From assembly GCA_040006915.1 (NCBI GenBank), contig JBDTWD010000001.1, positions 98,229 to 162,228 on the forward strand: 64,000 bases of DNA, in the 5' to 3' direction. The notes below the pieces were generated by a model, which was not told the DNA's origin, searched no databases, and saw only the letters and a list, made by a program, of their open reading frames with translations. Made by a program: the position numbers and the translations under genes. The DNA is from Candidatus Woesebacteria bacterium (GTDB lineage Bacteria; Patescibacteriota; Microgenomatia; UBA1400; UBA12028). The first letter of the stretch is position 1. Each line of letters opens with the position of its first letter. Positions 47,641 to 56,738 of the stretch are shown piece by piece.

Positions 47641-48876
47641 ATGAATCAACCACAAGTATTAAAAGGATTTCGAGATTTTCTGCCCAGGGACATACGAGCA
47701 CGAGAGTATGTCATGGGCAAAATTAAGCAAACCTTTAAACAGTTTGGCTTTGAGTCTATTGAAACACCCACGATTGAATACAAATCCACAATTATGGGAA
47801 AGTATGGAGAAGAGGCAGATAAATTAGTGTATGCCTTTACGGATAATGGTGATCGTGAAGTGGCGCTTCGATATGACCAGACCGTTCCGACTGCTCGTTT
47901 CATTGCCAACAACTTTAATGAAATCTCCTTCCCTTTCAGACGCTATCAAACCCAGAACGTATTCCGAGCTGATAAACCTCAAAAAGGCCGTTATCGTGAA
48001 TTTACTCAGTGCGATATCGATATCTTTGGAAGCAGCGATCCAACCGCTGATGCAGAGATCCTTGCCTGCACATACGCAGCCTATAAGGCCATAGGGTTTC
48101 AAACGATCCAAATCTTGGTTAATGATAGACAGACATTAGTCTCCGTTTTAAAGCCGTATGAAACAGATACAGTTAGTGTGTTTTCAATTATCCAAACAAT
48201 AGATAAGATGGATAAGCTACCTAAAGATGAGGTCATTGCTGAGTTGGTGCGAAAAGGAATGACGAATGTAAATGCCGTTGACGCTTTAACTAATTTGCTT
48301 GCAGTTAACCCCTCAGCTAATCTAGAGCAAATAATGTCACTAGCTGAGGCATTAGGCGTTAGTGATGCCGAGATCTCATTTGAACCAACCCTTGCTCGGG
48401 GACTTGATTATTACACAGGCATGATCTTTGAAGTAAAAATTCCAGAGTTTGCAGTTGGCTCAGTAGGGGCTGGTGGTCGTTATGACAATTTAATTGAACA
48501 ATTATCTGGAGTGGAGATGAGTGCTGTGGGTATGGCTGTTGGTTTTGATCGCACTGTCGATGCGGCTATACAGTTTGACTTGATTCCTACAGCACTGGAT
48601 GACAAAAAAGTGTTGGTTACTGTTTTTGATGCAGCTTTGATTGGAGAATCAGCCAGCGTGACCAAAACCCTTCGAGAACAAGGATTGTCAGTAGAGCTGT
48701 ACCCAAAATTTACTAAACTTGATAAACAGTTTAAGTATGCAGACAAAAAAGGGATCCGCTATTGCATTGTTATTGGCTCTCAAGAAGTGGAGAACAATCA
48801 AGTGATGCTCAAAGACCTGTCTGATGGAAAGCAGGAACTCTTGAATCTTGATGCTCTAGTTGAAAAACTGAAATAA
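47641..48876 (+). CDS. hisS: histidine--tRNA ligase
   Basis: LRYDQTVP, GRYREFTQCD, RGLDYYTG, GGRYD; anticodon-binding tail. Confidence 0.95.
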   Translation: MNQPQVLKGFRDFLPRDIRAREYVMGKIKQTFKQFGFESIETPTIEYKSTIMGKYGEEADKLVYAFTDNGDREVALRYDQTVPTARFIANNFNEISFPFRRYQTQNVFRADKPQKGRYREFTQCDIDIFGSSDPTADAEILACTYAAYKAIGFQTIQILVNDRQTLVSVLKPYETDTVSVFSIIQTIDKMDKLPKDEVIAELVRKGMTNVNAVDALTNLLAVNPSANLEQIMSLAEALGVSDAEISFEPTLARGLDYYTGMIFEVKIPEFAVGSVGAGGRYDNLIEQLSGVEMSAVGMAVGFDRTVDAAIQFDLIPTALDDKKVLVTVFDAALIGESASVTKTLREQGLSVELYPKFTKLDKQFKYADKKGIRYCIVIGSQEVENNQVMLKDLSDGKQELLNLDALVEKLK

Positions 48877-48893
48877 AAATATCAGCATTCAAC

Positions 48894-49208
48894 TCATTCT
48901 CTGTTTGATTTTAGTATCACCTTAAGAAAGTTATGGTTTGCGGACATGATTTGAACAAGCATTTCAGTGGTCTTGAGCGGTCGCCTAGTTGGTGGTGTAT
49001 CGATTTTTTTCGTTTCTGAGTCATACACTGCCAGTGTTGGTCCGACAGGCTGCCCGGGATCTGGAGGTGCTAGTACAATATTTATCGACTCGCTTACTCC
49101 TAAATTTATGAACGCTATAATTTGGGCTTGGTGAGTACCTTTTTTATCATACGAGGTGTACTCAACTACATCCCCAACTGTGGCATGAACTTCTGTAGTT
49201 GTAGGCAT
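48894..49208 (-). CDS. hypothetical protein
   Basis: ~104-aa ORF with GGGAG SD. Confidence 0.45.
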   Translation of the reverse strand: MPTTTEVHATVGDVVEYTSYDKKGTHQAQIIAFINLGVSESINIVLAPPDPGQPVGPTLAVYDSETKKIDTPPTRRPLKTTEMLVQIMSANHNFLKVILKSNRE

Positions 49209-49265
49209 ATACTCCCTTTTTTGGTTACTTATTACATTTTGAAACAAGCCATATCTAGTGAGGTT

Positions 49266-50129
49266 CTAATCTCTGGGACCTCGTTGTAATCGCATGAGAT
49301 TTTTCTGTGGAAGGAAGCTACCCACTTCTTTTTTCGCGAAACTTAACAATGCCAATGGCAGAATGAAGGCCGTTTTGTTTCCCTTTTGAATATTTTGAAT
49401 CTCTTGGGGAACGATTTTTATTCTTTTTTCTATCTCTGCTTCAATCTTATCTTCTAAGCCTTCGTCTTCATCCTGTTCTTCTGTTCGTCCGCTTCTAGCA
49501 GCCATTCGCTTACTCCATGACACAAATAGCAGAGCGCCAAAATTCAAGATCATTCCAAACAGTGGATTAAAAATGTATTTACTGTTATCTGTAAACGCGC
49601 CCAAAAATTCTATCAGATACTCCAGCATTAATAGCGGATACAAGGTCGTGATGGCTTCATCGAGCAGAATACTGTGATATTCTTTAAAGAATTCATGTGC
49701 ATCCATTCGCTGGAGAACTTTCAGCTGAGCTCTTAATTCTTGGTCCAAAGCCTTTACATACTGACCAATATCATCGTTGGTTGACTCCCTCAATTGGTCT
49801 GCTGGAAGTTGAACTCGAACAGAATTGGATAGTCGTTGGGTTTTACCTTTTTGGCTCTTTTCTCGAGCAACAGAAATAGCCAGTGTCGTACTTTCTGATG
49901 AATCTGGAAGAGAGAAAGCTTCGCCTCTCCCATTGTTTGCTAGCGTGGAAATGAAAATCTGATTAGGGTAGAAGAGTCTGTCGACTACTCGCTGAATTTC
50001 TTCAACATTCAATTCTATTTCCTGGGCGTAAGGCAGCGAACTCCAGGCAACATCACCAGCAGTCATTGCTGATTTTACCTCTCCTCTCACTTTCATTGGC
50101 ACCCATCCAGTTTTGGACTGCTTTTCCAT
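49266..50129 (-). CDS. hypothetical membrane protein
   Basis: 287 aa, hydrophobic segments. Confidence 0.55.
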   Translation of the reverse strand: MEKQSKTGWVPMKVRGEVKSAMTAGDVAWSSLPYAQEIELNVEEIQRVVDRLFYPNQIFISTLANNGRGEAFSLPDSSESTTLAISVAREKSQKGKTQRLSNSVRVQLPADQLRESTNDDIGQYVKALDQELRAQLKVLQRMDAHEFFKEYHSILLDEAITTLYPLLMLEYLIEFLGAFTDNSKYIFNPLFGMILNFGALLFVSWSKRMAARSGRTEEQDEDEGLEDKIEAEIEKRIKIVPQEIQNIQKGNKTAFILPLALLSFAKKEVGSFLPQKNLMRLQRGPRD

Positions 50130-50142
50130 ACTCAGTACTATA

Positions 50143-50658
50143 TCATGCTAATTCGAGAACAATTTCATGCACTCTACCATACAATTTACCGTAGTCTGAC
50201 CAACTAAAATCCCTGGCATCGCTTAAATGTGAGAAACGATCAATAAGAGTTTTCATTTCATCTGTACTTAAATGTACCACACCTTGTATATCATCGGCTG
50301 GAACTATCTTTTCAGTCGTACGAAGCTTTGTTTCAAATAAAAAGATCTGAAACTCCTGCGTTTTCTCTGGAGAAGTCACCGCAATGGTTATGGTCGCTTT
50401 CGGCTCCATTTCTCCTGGTGATCGATCAATTCCGAGCTCTTCTTTTAGTTCTCTGGCAGCAGCAATCTGAGGATCTTCACCTTGATCTACTCCCCCACCA
50501 GCGAGTCTGTATATGTCCTTTGGATACACTTCTTTACTTCCTAAAACATATTTCCCCTCCGGATCAAGGAGGATTAAAAGCGAGCGATCCCCACGATTTA
50601 AGACCTCCATCGTACGAGAAAACTGCAGTGAAATAGTATAGTTTTTGGGAGTATTCAT
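50143..50658 (-). CDS. NUDIX hydrolase
   Basis: GGGVDQGED..AAARELKEELG. Confidence 0.85.
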   Translation of the reverse strand: MNTPKNYTISLQFSRTMEVLNRGDRSLLILLDPEGKYVLGSKEVYPKDIYRLAGGGVDQGEDPQIAAARELKEELGIDRSPGEMEPKATITIAVTSPEKTQEFQIFLFETKLRTTEKIVPADDIQGVVHLSTDEMKTLIDRFSHLSDARDFSWSDYGKLYGRVHEIVLELA

Positions 50659-50690
50659 CACTCTATTGTAGCAACTGATACAATGACACA

Positions 50691-51443
50691 ATGCAGCAAA
50701 CACAATCTTGGGATCACGTCGCTAGCTGGTATGACTCTCTAGTCGGGGGAAAAGGCCAGTATTACCACCAACATGTTATATTCCCCAGCGTTTTAAAACT
50801 GATGGAAATCAAGGCCGGATTGAAGGTTTTGGACCTGGCTTGTGGTCAAGGTGCGTTTTGCCGAGAGCTCGTTAAGCTCCATGCCAAAATTACAGGTGTC
50901 GATGCTAGTAGCCGGATGATAGAGACGGCGAAGAAATATGCCATGGGTGTGGAGTACATTGTTGATGATGCCAGAACCTTACGTAGTCAAACTGATCAAT
51001 CCTTTGATCGCGTCGTATCGATTCTGGCTTTACAAAATATGGATCCAATTGACGGTGTATTTTCTAGAGTACGAGACCTCCTGCGTGAGAGAGGTACGTT
51101 TACGATTGTAATTCTACATCCTGCATTCCGCTCGCCTCGCATCACGGGTTGGGGAGAAGACGAAGCACGTAAATTACAGTTTCGTCGTGTTGATCGGTAT
51201 ATTTCCCCAATGAAGATTCCGATTGATATGCATCCAGGAAAAGGAACAAAGCAATTAACCTGGACGTATCATCGTCCATTACAGACATACGTTCAGATCG
51301 CCAAAGAAAATGGATTTGTCATTGATGGAATGGAAGAGCTAATAAGCGATAAAGTTTCTGAAGGAAAACATGCCAAGCAAGAAAACCTAGCTCGACAAGA
51401 AATTCCCATGTTTATGACTTTACGCTTTCGCAAGAGCGTCTGA
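50691..51443 (+). CDS. class I SAM-dependent methyltransferase
   Basis: VLDLACGQG; YHRPL. Confidence 0.88.
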   Translation: MQQTQSWDHVASWYDSLVGGKGQYYHQHVIFPSVLKLMEIKAGLKVLDLACGQGAFCRELVKLHAKITGVDASSRMIETAKKYAMGVEYIVDDARTLRSQTDQSFDRVVSILALQNMDPIDGVFSRVRDLLRERGTFTIVILHPAFRSPRITGWGEDEARKLQFRRVDRYISPMKIPIDMHPGKGTKQLTWTYHRPLQTYVQIAKENGFVIDGMEELISDKVSEGKHAKQENLARQEIPMFMTLRFRKSV

Positions 51444-51728
51444 CTGTGTCAATCGTATCTGTGGATTTGCCATTTCTCCAGGACTTCTTACTTTCGCCGT
51501 GGCTGCAAGCGCTTTAATGAATAACGGAATAGAATCTCTATTCTCTTGGGCATCAACAAATTCTGACATAATGGCATCGAAATCATTCTCACTTATTTCT
51601 CTATCAATATTCTTTACCGGTAAATTGATCAAAGCGGCAAGATCTCCAGGTAAAACGAGTTGTTCATCGACGAGAACTTGTAATACCGTTCGATAGCTAT
51701 ACCTTGTAATTTTTTCTCGATCTATCAT
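51420..51728 (-). CDS. hypothetical protein
   Basis: AAGGAG SD before MIDREK. Confidence 0.45.
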   Translation of the reverse strand: MIDREKITRYSYRTVLQVLVDEQLVLPGDLAALINLPVKNIDREISENDFDAIMSEFVDAQENRDSIPLFIKALAATAKVRSPGEMANPQIRLTQSDALAKA

Positions 51729-51765
51729 AGAAGCTCCTTTTGGTATCTTAGGATACAATAGATCT

Positions 51766-52323
51766 ATGAAAACGCTAGTAGTTCTTTCTTTGATCATTCT
51801 ACCTATCTGGTGGATATTCTTTCTTATCTGGCAACCAGCAGTTGTCCACTTTGTGGCGAATAATAGTTCACCCGCAATAGATCGGGCGTTGGAATACGCT
51901 ACGCGTGGCGGCTCTCAAGTCGAAGATATCTATTTTACTAAAGATGAGATCGCCCATTTAAAAGATGTATCAAGATTGTATACACCAATCTCCGTCACTA
52001 TTAGCCTTCTAGCATTAGGCGCTTGGCCAGTATTGATCGTAGCGGTAGTCGATAAAATAAAGCTTCAATCAAGCTTTAAACGAGCGGCAAAAACTCTGGG
52101 AGTCCTGGTCATCGTCTTACTCCTGTGCCTGGCGCTCTTTCCGTTATTTTTTGAAACATTTCATGAAGTTTTGTTTCCTCAGGGAAACTGGTCCTTTCCG
52201 GCAGATTCAATGCTGATTACAATCTTCCCAGAGATCTTTTGGAAGTTGATTCTCTCTTCTTTAATCGGGGCTCTAGGAATATTCGCAGCACTCTATTGGA
52301 TACTGGGAAATAAAAATGAATAA
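51766..52323 (+). CDS. DUF1461-like membrane protein
   Basis: EIAHLKDV; FETFHEVLFPQGNWSFP..SMLI.IFPE. Confidence 0.75.
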   Translation: MKTLVVLSLIILPIWWIFFLIWQPAVVHFVANNSSPAIDRALEYATRGGSQVEDIYFTKDEIAHLKDVSRLYTPISVTISLLALGAWPVLIVAVVDKIKLQSSFKRAAKTLGVLVIVLLLCLALFPLFFETFHEVLFPQGNWSFPADSMLITIFPEIFWKLILSSLIGALGIFAALYWILGNKNE

Positions 52324-52909
52324 ATATCTTCATTACATTGTGTTGTTTATTAGTCTTGCAGATACCTTGTTTGGATCGGGTTCGAAAATAGATTTGACTA
52401 AACTTCCTGCTCCAACTCCCACAGTCCTGGCTCTGTCTACCAACGTTCCAGATGGGTACGTGAAAGTTCTGGGTAACGCCGATGGCGATACGATTTATGT
52501 ATTGCTGGATGGAAAAAAAGAAACGGTTAGACTTCTGGGCGTTGATACCCCTGAGACCAAAGATCCTAGACGTTCCGTTATGTGTTTTGGTCATCAAGCG
52601 AGTGACTATACTCGGAGTCTTGTAACTGACAAGGCCGTCAAATTGATTCCAGATTCGATGCAAACTGATCGTGACAAATATGGACGATTGCTTCGATATG
52701 TCCAATTTGAAGATGGGACGACTCTGAATGAGAAGCTAGTATATGAAGGGTATGCTTTTGCATATGAAGCATATCCTGATTCCAAATTGGAAGACTATAA
52801 AAAGTTAGAAGCAGATGCTAGAGAGAAAAATAGAGGACTTTGGGGGGGATGCGAAGTCACGATCAAAAATAAAGGAAAGTCAAAAAGTACACAAAGTGTT
52901 AAAGAGTGA
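52316..52909 (+). CDS. thermonuclease (SNase) family protein
   Basis: DGDT, VRLLGVDTPE, DKYGRLL, RGLW. Confidence 0.9.
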   Translation: MNKYLHYIVLFISLADTLFGSGSKIDLTKLPAPTPTVLALSTNVPDGYVKVLGNADGDTIYVLLDGKKETVRLLGVDTPETKDPRRSVMCFGHQASDYTRSLVTDKAVKLIPDSMQTDRDKYGRLLRYVQFEDGTTLNEKLVYEGYAFAYEAYPDSKLEDYKKLEADAREKNRGLWGGCEVTIKNKGKSKSTQSVKE

Positions 52910-52924
52910 TAGTATGCTTCCTGC

Positions 52925-53593
52925 ATGAATTCACAAGGAATATCATATCTGCTACAGCAGTCTCCCCGTACTCGTCGTTTGACGATTCGTGTCGATGCGA
53001 GAGGACAAGTGATTGTCACTGCACCACTGCGATTTCCAAAGTACAGAGTAGCTGAATTCGTGGAGTCTGCTCGTGACTGGATTGTCAAGCAAAAAACAGT
53101 ACAAATACAAAAGCCGATTCTATTGTCAACCACAACCGTTTTGTATTTTGGTAAAGAATATAGCGTTAAAGTTTCCCAGAAAATGGATGGAACGGTAAAA
53201 CTAGGTAAAGAAGTAATCATCGTTTCTCCGCTTTCGATCACTTCTTCTGCCGTGTTATCACTCCTCTCAACCTGGTTGAAATCGAGAGCAATCGAATACG
53301 TGACAACTCGAGTCTATGTGTTAAGCAAACAAATGAATCTCTCTTTTAAAAATTTGGCATTTAAACAACAAAAAACCAGGTGGGGATCATGTTCATCGCA
53401 AAAAAACCTAAACTTTAATTGGAAATTAATCCATGCCCCAAAGGACGTGATTGATTACGTTATCATCCATGAACTCTCACACCTCGAGCATATGAATCAT
53501 GGTAAGAATTTTTGGGAATTGGTAGCTCGTTTTGATCCAGACCATCCGCATCACAGACGTTGGTTGGAGCGGTATGGCAGTACCGAGGATTAG
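52925..53593 (+). CDS. YgjP/DUF45 SprT-like metallo-hydrolase
   Basis: KTRWGSCS; YVIIHELSHL..NHG..FW. Confidence 0.88.
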   Translation: MNSQGISYLLQQSPRTRRLTIRVDARGQVIVTAPLRFPKYRVAEFVESARDWIVKQKTVQIQKPILLSTTTVLYFGKEYSVKVSQKMDGTVKLGKEVIIVSPLSITSSAVLSLLSTWLKSRAIEYVTTRVYVLSKQMNLSFKNLAFKQQKTRWGSCSSQKNLNFNWKLIHAPKDVIDYVIIHELSHLEHMNHGKNFWELVARFDPDHPHHRRWLERYGSTED

Positions 53594-53896
53594 CTATCCC
53601 CGTTTTCCACCCAGAGTTTGGAGTGAGCGAATAAAATCGCTAATATTTCTACCAGTGTCGCTCATCAAATACTGACCTTTACTTTCCGGAACGTTTTCAA
53701 AAAGTTGCTCTAGCATGGTCTCATCGGGTGGTGTCTGAGCCACAGAAATTCCAGCTGCGTCCTGCAGAAACCATAGTGCATGTGCTCGATAGAGTGGAGT
53801 TTGAAGTAATGAGCCCAATAAGTCCCTATCTTTTTTTGCAGAAATTTCTCTCTTTGCTTGAGCGATCAAATCTTCAATGTGTTTATTATCGGACAT
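53594..53896 (-). CDS. hypothetical protein
   Basis: 100 aa, TATAGT before ATG. Confidence 0.5.
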   Translation of the reverse strand: MSDNKHIEDLIAQAKREISAKKDRDLLGSLLQTPLYRAHALWFLQDAAGISVAQTPPDETMLEQLFENVPESKGQYLMSDTGRNISDFIRSLQTLGGKRG

Positions 53897-54042
53897 ATGC
53901 GTGACTATAACCCTTAAGGATCCCTTCTGTCAATAAAATATGAGATAATACATGCATGTGCTTTTCTCCTGAGAAAAAACCACCGAAAGTTTTATAACGG
54001 TTCTTTTTTGTATTCTCCTCTCTTATTTTGAAAGATATCTCT

Positions 54043-55083
54043 ATGCAAACGACTTGGCAACGTCTTAAAAACCATCCTGAAAAAATCGAATTCTTATACA
54101 AGCGTGAAAAAATCGTGGATACTATTCGTGATTTTTTTAAAGCTGATGGTTTTCTAGAAATTGATTCACCTCTGATGGTCAAATCTCCGGGAATGGAACC
54201 ATACCTAGAAGTATTTGAAACAACTCTGATTGATGACACCCAGCAGAAGCAAAGAGCATTCTTGCTTACCTCTCCCGAGTATGCGTTAAAGAAGTTATTG
54301 GTAACAGGAATTCCCAAGCTGTTCTCAATCTGTAAATCCTTTCGCAATGGAGAAGGTTTGTCACGGAAACACAATCCCGAATTTTCGATTATGGAATGGT
54401 ATCGAACAAATGCCGACTATACAGACATTATGAAAGATTGCGAAAATGTATTTGTGAGTTTATCTCAAAAATTGGGAGGCAGTACCCAGTGGACATATCA
54501 AGGAAAAGTTTACGATATACAAACTCCTTGGGAGCGAATCAGTGTAAAGGAAGCATTTGAAAAATATTGCGAGATTGATGTGGATACGCTTCTTGATGAA
54601 GAGAAGCTAAAAATGGCAGGAGCAAAGCGTGGATTCCAGGTAACCAGTGAGACGACTTGGGAGCAAGTGTATAACCAGTTCTTCTTAAACGACATAGAAC
54701 CACACCTGGGAGTTGATAAACCGACAATCATTTATGATTTTCCGACTTCACAAGCTAGTTTGTCCAAAAAGAAAGATGATGACCCGCGATTTGCAGAACG
54801 TTTTGAATTCTATGTCGCAGGTATTGAAATGGGAAACGCATTCTCGGAGCTTACCGATGGAGATGAGCAACTGAAACGTTTTGAGATTGAGCGAGCTGAG
54901 CGACAATCTTTAGGAAAGACGATGTATGACATTGATATGGACTATATAGAGGCTATCAAAGCTGGCCTGCCACCTACTGGAGGGATCGCAGTCGGAATCG
55001 ATCGCATTGTCATGTTTTTTGCGGATGCACCAAACATTCAAGACGTGTTGGTATTTCCAGCCCAAGAATTGTGGACGAGCTGA
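54043..55083 (+). CDS. epmA: EF-P lysine aminoacylase (EpmA/GenX/PoxA)
   Basis: LysRS catalytic core only: TSPEYALKKLL, FRNGE, HNPEF, ERFE, GIAVGIDR; near efp. Confidence 0.9.
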   Translation: MQTTWQRLKNHPEKIEFLYKREKIVDTIRDFFKADGFLEIDSPLMVKSPGMEPYLEVFETTLIDDTQQKQRAFLLTSPEYALKKLLVTGIPKLFSICKSFRNGEGLSRKHNPEFSIMEWYRTNADYTDIMKDCENVFVSLSQKLGGSTQWTYQGKVYDIQTPWERISVKEAFEKYCEIDVDTLLDEEKLKMAGAKRGFQVTSETTWEQVYNQFFLNDIEPHLGVDKPTIIYDFPTSQASLSKKKDDDPRFAERFEFYVAGIEMGNAFSELTDGDEQLKRFEIERAERQSLGKTMYDIDMDYIEAIKAGLPPTGGIAVGIDRIVMFFADAPNIQDVLVFPAQELWTS

Positions 55084-55515
55084 TTATGCTCTTGTTGGAG
55101 TGAACTCGAAGAGAGAATGGTATACCGCGTTAAATGGGAATTGAGCATCATGGATTAGCGGATTAGCGAAATATTTCCGTCTGCATTCTTTAAGATAGTC
55201 GGCTGACAGCTTTATCCCACCTATTTCCTTTTCGACTCTTTGAAAGCCGCGCAAAGTTGCCACCAATGTGATTACTTCATCTGTAATCTCTGCCCCTTCA
55301 ACCTCTTGGAATGTGGGCAGACCTTGAATGGCTCTAATAAAAGCAGATCCTAAGTACTGAATCAATTGAAGTTCAGCTGGAGAATCAAGCGAGGAAGTTT
55401 CAGATTTCAATTGCCTTGAGAGACCTTTCAAATGTGCAAAAAGACAAGAAGTATAGATTCCGATCATTTCTTCTGGAGAAAATTCAAAGGGAGCAAGTTC
55501 TTGTGAGGGCATCAT
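55084..55515 (-). CDS. hypothetical protein
   Basis: 143-aa ORF between epmA and efp. Confidence 0.45.
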   Translation of the reverse strand: MMPSQELAPFEFSPEEMIGIYTSCLFAHLKGLSRQLKSETSSLDSPAELQLIQYLGSAFIRAIQGLPTFQEVEGAEITDEVITLVATLRGFQRVEKEIGGIKLSADYLKECRRKYFANPLIHDAQFPFNAVYHSLFEFTPTRA

Positions 55516-55581
55516 AGGGTGACTTTCTGCTAATTAGTAGGTATAATACTCGAGAAGTATCACTTTTCAATAAGGAATTTT

Positions 55582-56145
55582 ATGGCATTAACTGGCGGCA
55601 ACATCAAAAAAGGCACATATATCATGTTTAAAGGAGAGCCCGTCTTGGTTACCTTTACTGAATTTGTTTCCCCTGGAAAAGGGTCAGCTTTCATGCGGTC
55701 AAAACTCAAGAGTCTGAAGACTGGGAATGTGGTGGAATTTACCTTCAAATCTGTTGAAACTGTTGAGGAAGCAGATGTTGAGACTATCGAAATGCAATAT
55801 CTGTATCAGGATGGCGAAGATTTCGTTTTCATGAATCCTCGTACCTACGATCAGGTGACTGTTCCAGGAACAGTCATGAAAGAGTACGTTCGCTATCTGG
55901 TTGCCGAACAAACAATGTACGTTGTCTTTTTTAATGAAAAAGCTATTGGAATTCGCTTCCCTGGAAAAGTGCCTTTGAAAGTTGATTATGCTGAAGATGC
56001 AGTAGCTGGCAATCGTGTCAATGCGCCAAAGAAAAAAGTCAGATTAGAAACCGGTTATGAAATTGAAGTCCCACTGTTCATCAAAAAAGGTGACACTATT
56101 GCGGTTGATACAACCACAGGCTTATACGTCAGTCGAGGGGAATAG
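55582..56145 (+). CDS. efp: elongation factor P
   Basis: PGKGSAF; VPLFI..GD.I.VDT..G.YVSR. Confidence 0.95.
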   Translation: MALTGGNIKKGTYIMFKGEPVLVTFTEFVSPGKGSAFMRSKLKSLKTGNVVEFTFKSVETVEEADVETIEMQYLYQDGEDFVFMNPRTYDQVTVPGTVMKEYVRYLVAEQTMYVVFFNEKAIGIRFPGKVPLKVDYAEDAVAGNRVNAPKKKVRLETGYEIEVPLFIKKGDTIAVDTTTGLYVSRGE

Positions 56146-56422
56146 GCTGTCTTGATCGCAGAAGCGTTTTTCTCATGCCTGCAATTTTACTTCTATTTAG
56201 CGGCATGACCTTTGGTTTACTTATTGAACAGACATACTTCATAAACAGATGGTACGCTACAAGGAAATCAGTACGCGAGAGCTTTGGATCATTCAATATG
56301 GATTCAAACTTTGAAATCATTACATCTGGGATAAACGTATCGTAGATCGTTCTCCCTTCCTCGGTTCGACTATTTTTGCGAAAAGTTTCAAACAGACCTT
56401 GAAGGTCCTCTTTGTGATTCAT
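56129..56422 (-). CDS. hypothetical protein
   Basis: 97 aa, TATACT before ATG. Confidence 0.45.
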   Translation of the reverse strand: MNHKEDLQGLFETFRKNSRTEEGRTIYDTFIPDVMISKFESILNDPKLSRTDFLVAYHLFMKYVCSISKPKVMPLNRSKIAGMRKTLLRSRQPIPLD

Positions 56423-56468
56423 ATCCGCAGAGTATACCTCGTTTGGTCAAGAAGAGGAAAAAAAACAA

Positions 56469-56669
56469 TCAGTCTCGGTTTCTTGAACGAAGAATTTTAA
56501 TAGTATACTCTTTGTGTTTGATTGCCTTTCCTACGAGTTCTAGATTCCGTTTTCTCTGTTTGTTTGTTTTATTCTCCCTACGATGCATCCGAAGAATTTG
56601 AAGGAAGTGAATCTTTAATTTGATGAGCTCAGAGTATTCTTTGGCGATTTCGATTCCGTATCTTGGCAT
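56469..56669 (-). CDS. small basic hypothetical protein
   Basis: Start MPRYGIE after TATACT-like box. Confidence 0.35.
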   Translation of the reverse strand: MPRYGIEIAKEYSELIKLKIHFLQILRMHRRENKTNKQRKRNLELVGKAIKHKEYTIKILRSRNRD

Positions 56670-56738
56670 CTTTATTTTCAGTATATCGTAAACGGTCAAT
56701 GGATAGCAAAATGCAAGGTTTTTTGTTAGGATAGACGG

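Noticed and set aside
47641-48876. hisZ
   Set aside because: Full HisRS motifs and the C-terminal anticodon-binding domain indicate hisS.
54043-55083. lysS
   Set aside because: No N-terminal anticodon-binding domain; SPE motif and efp proximity indicate EpmA.
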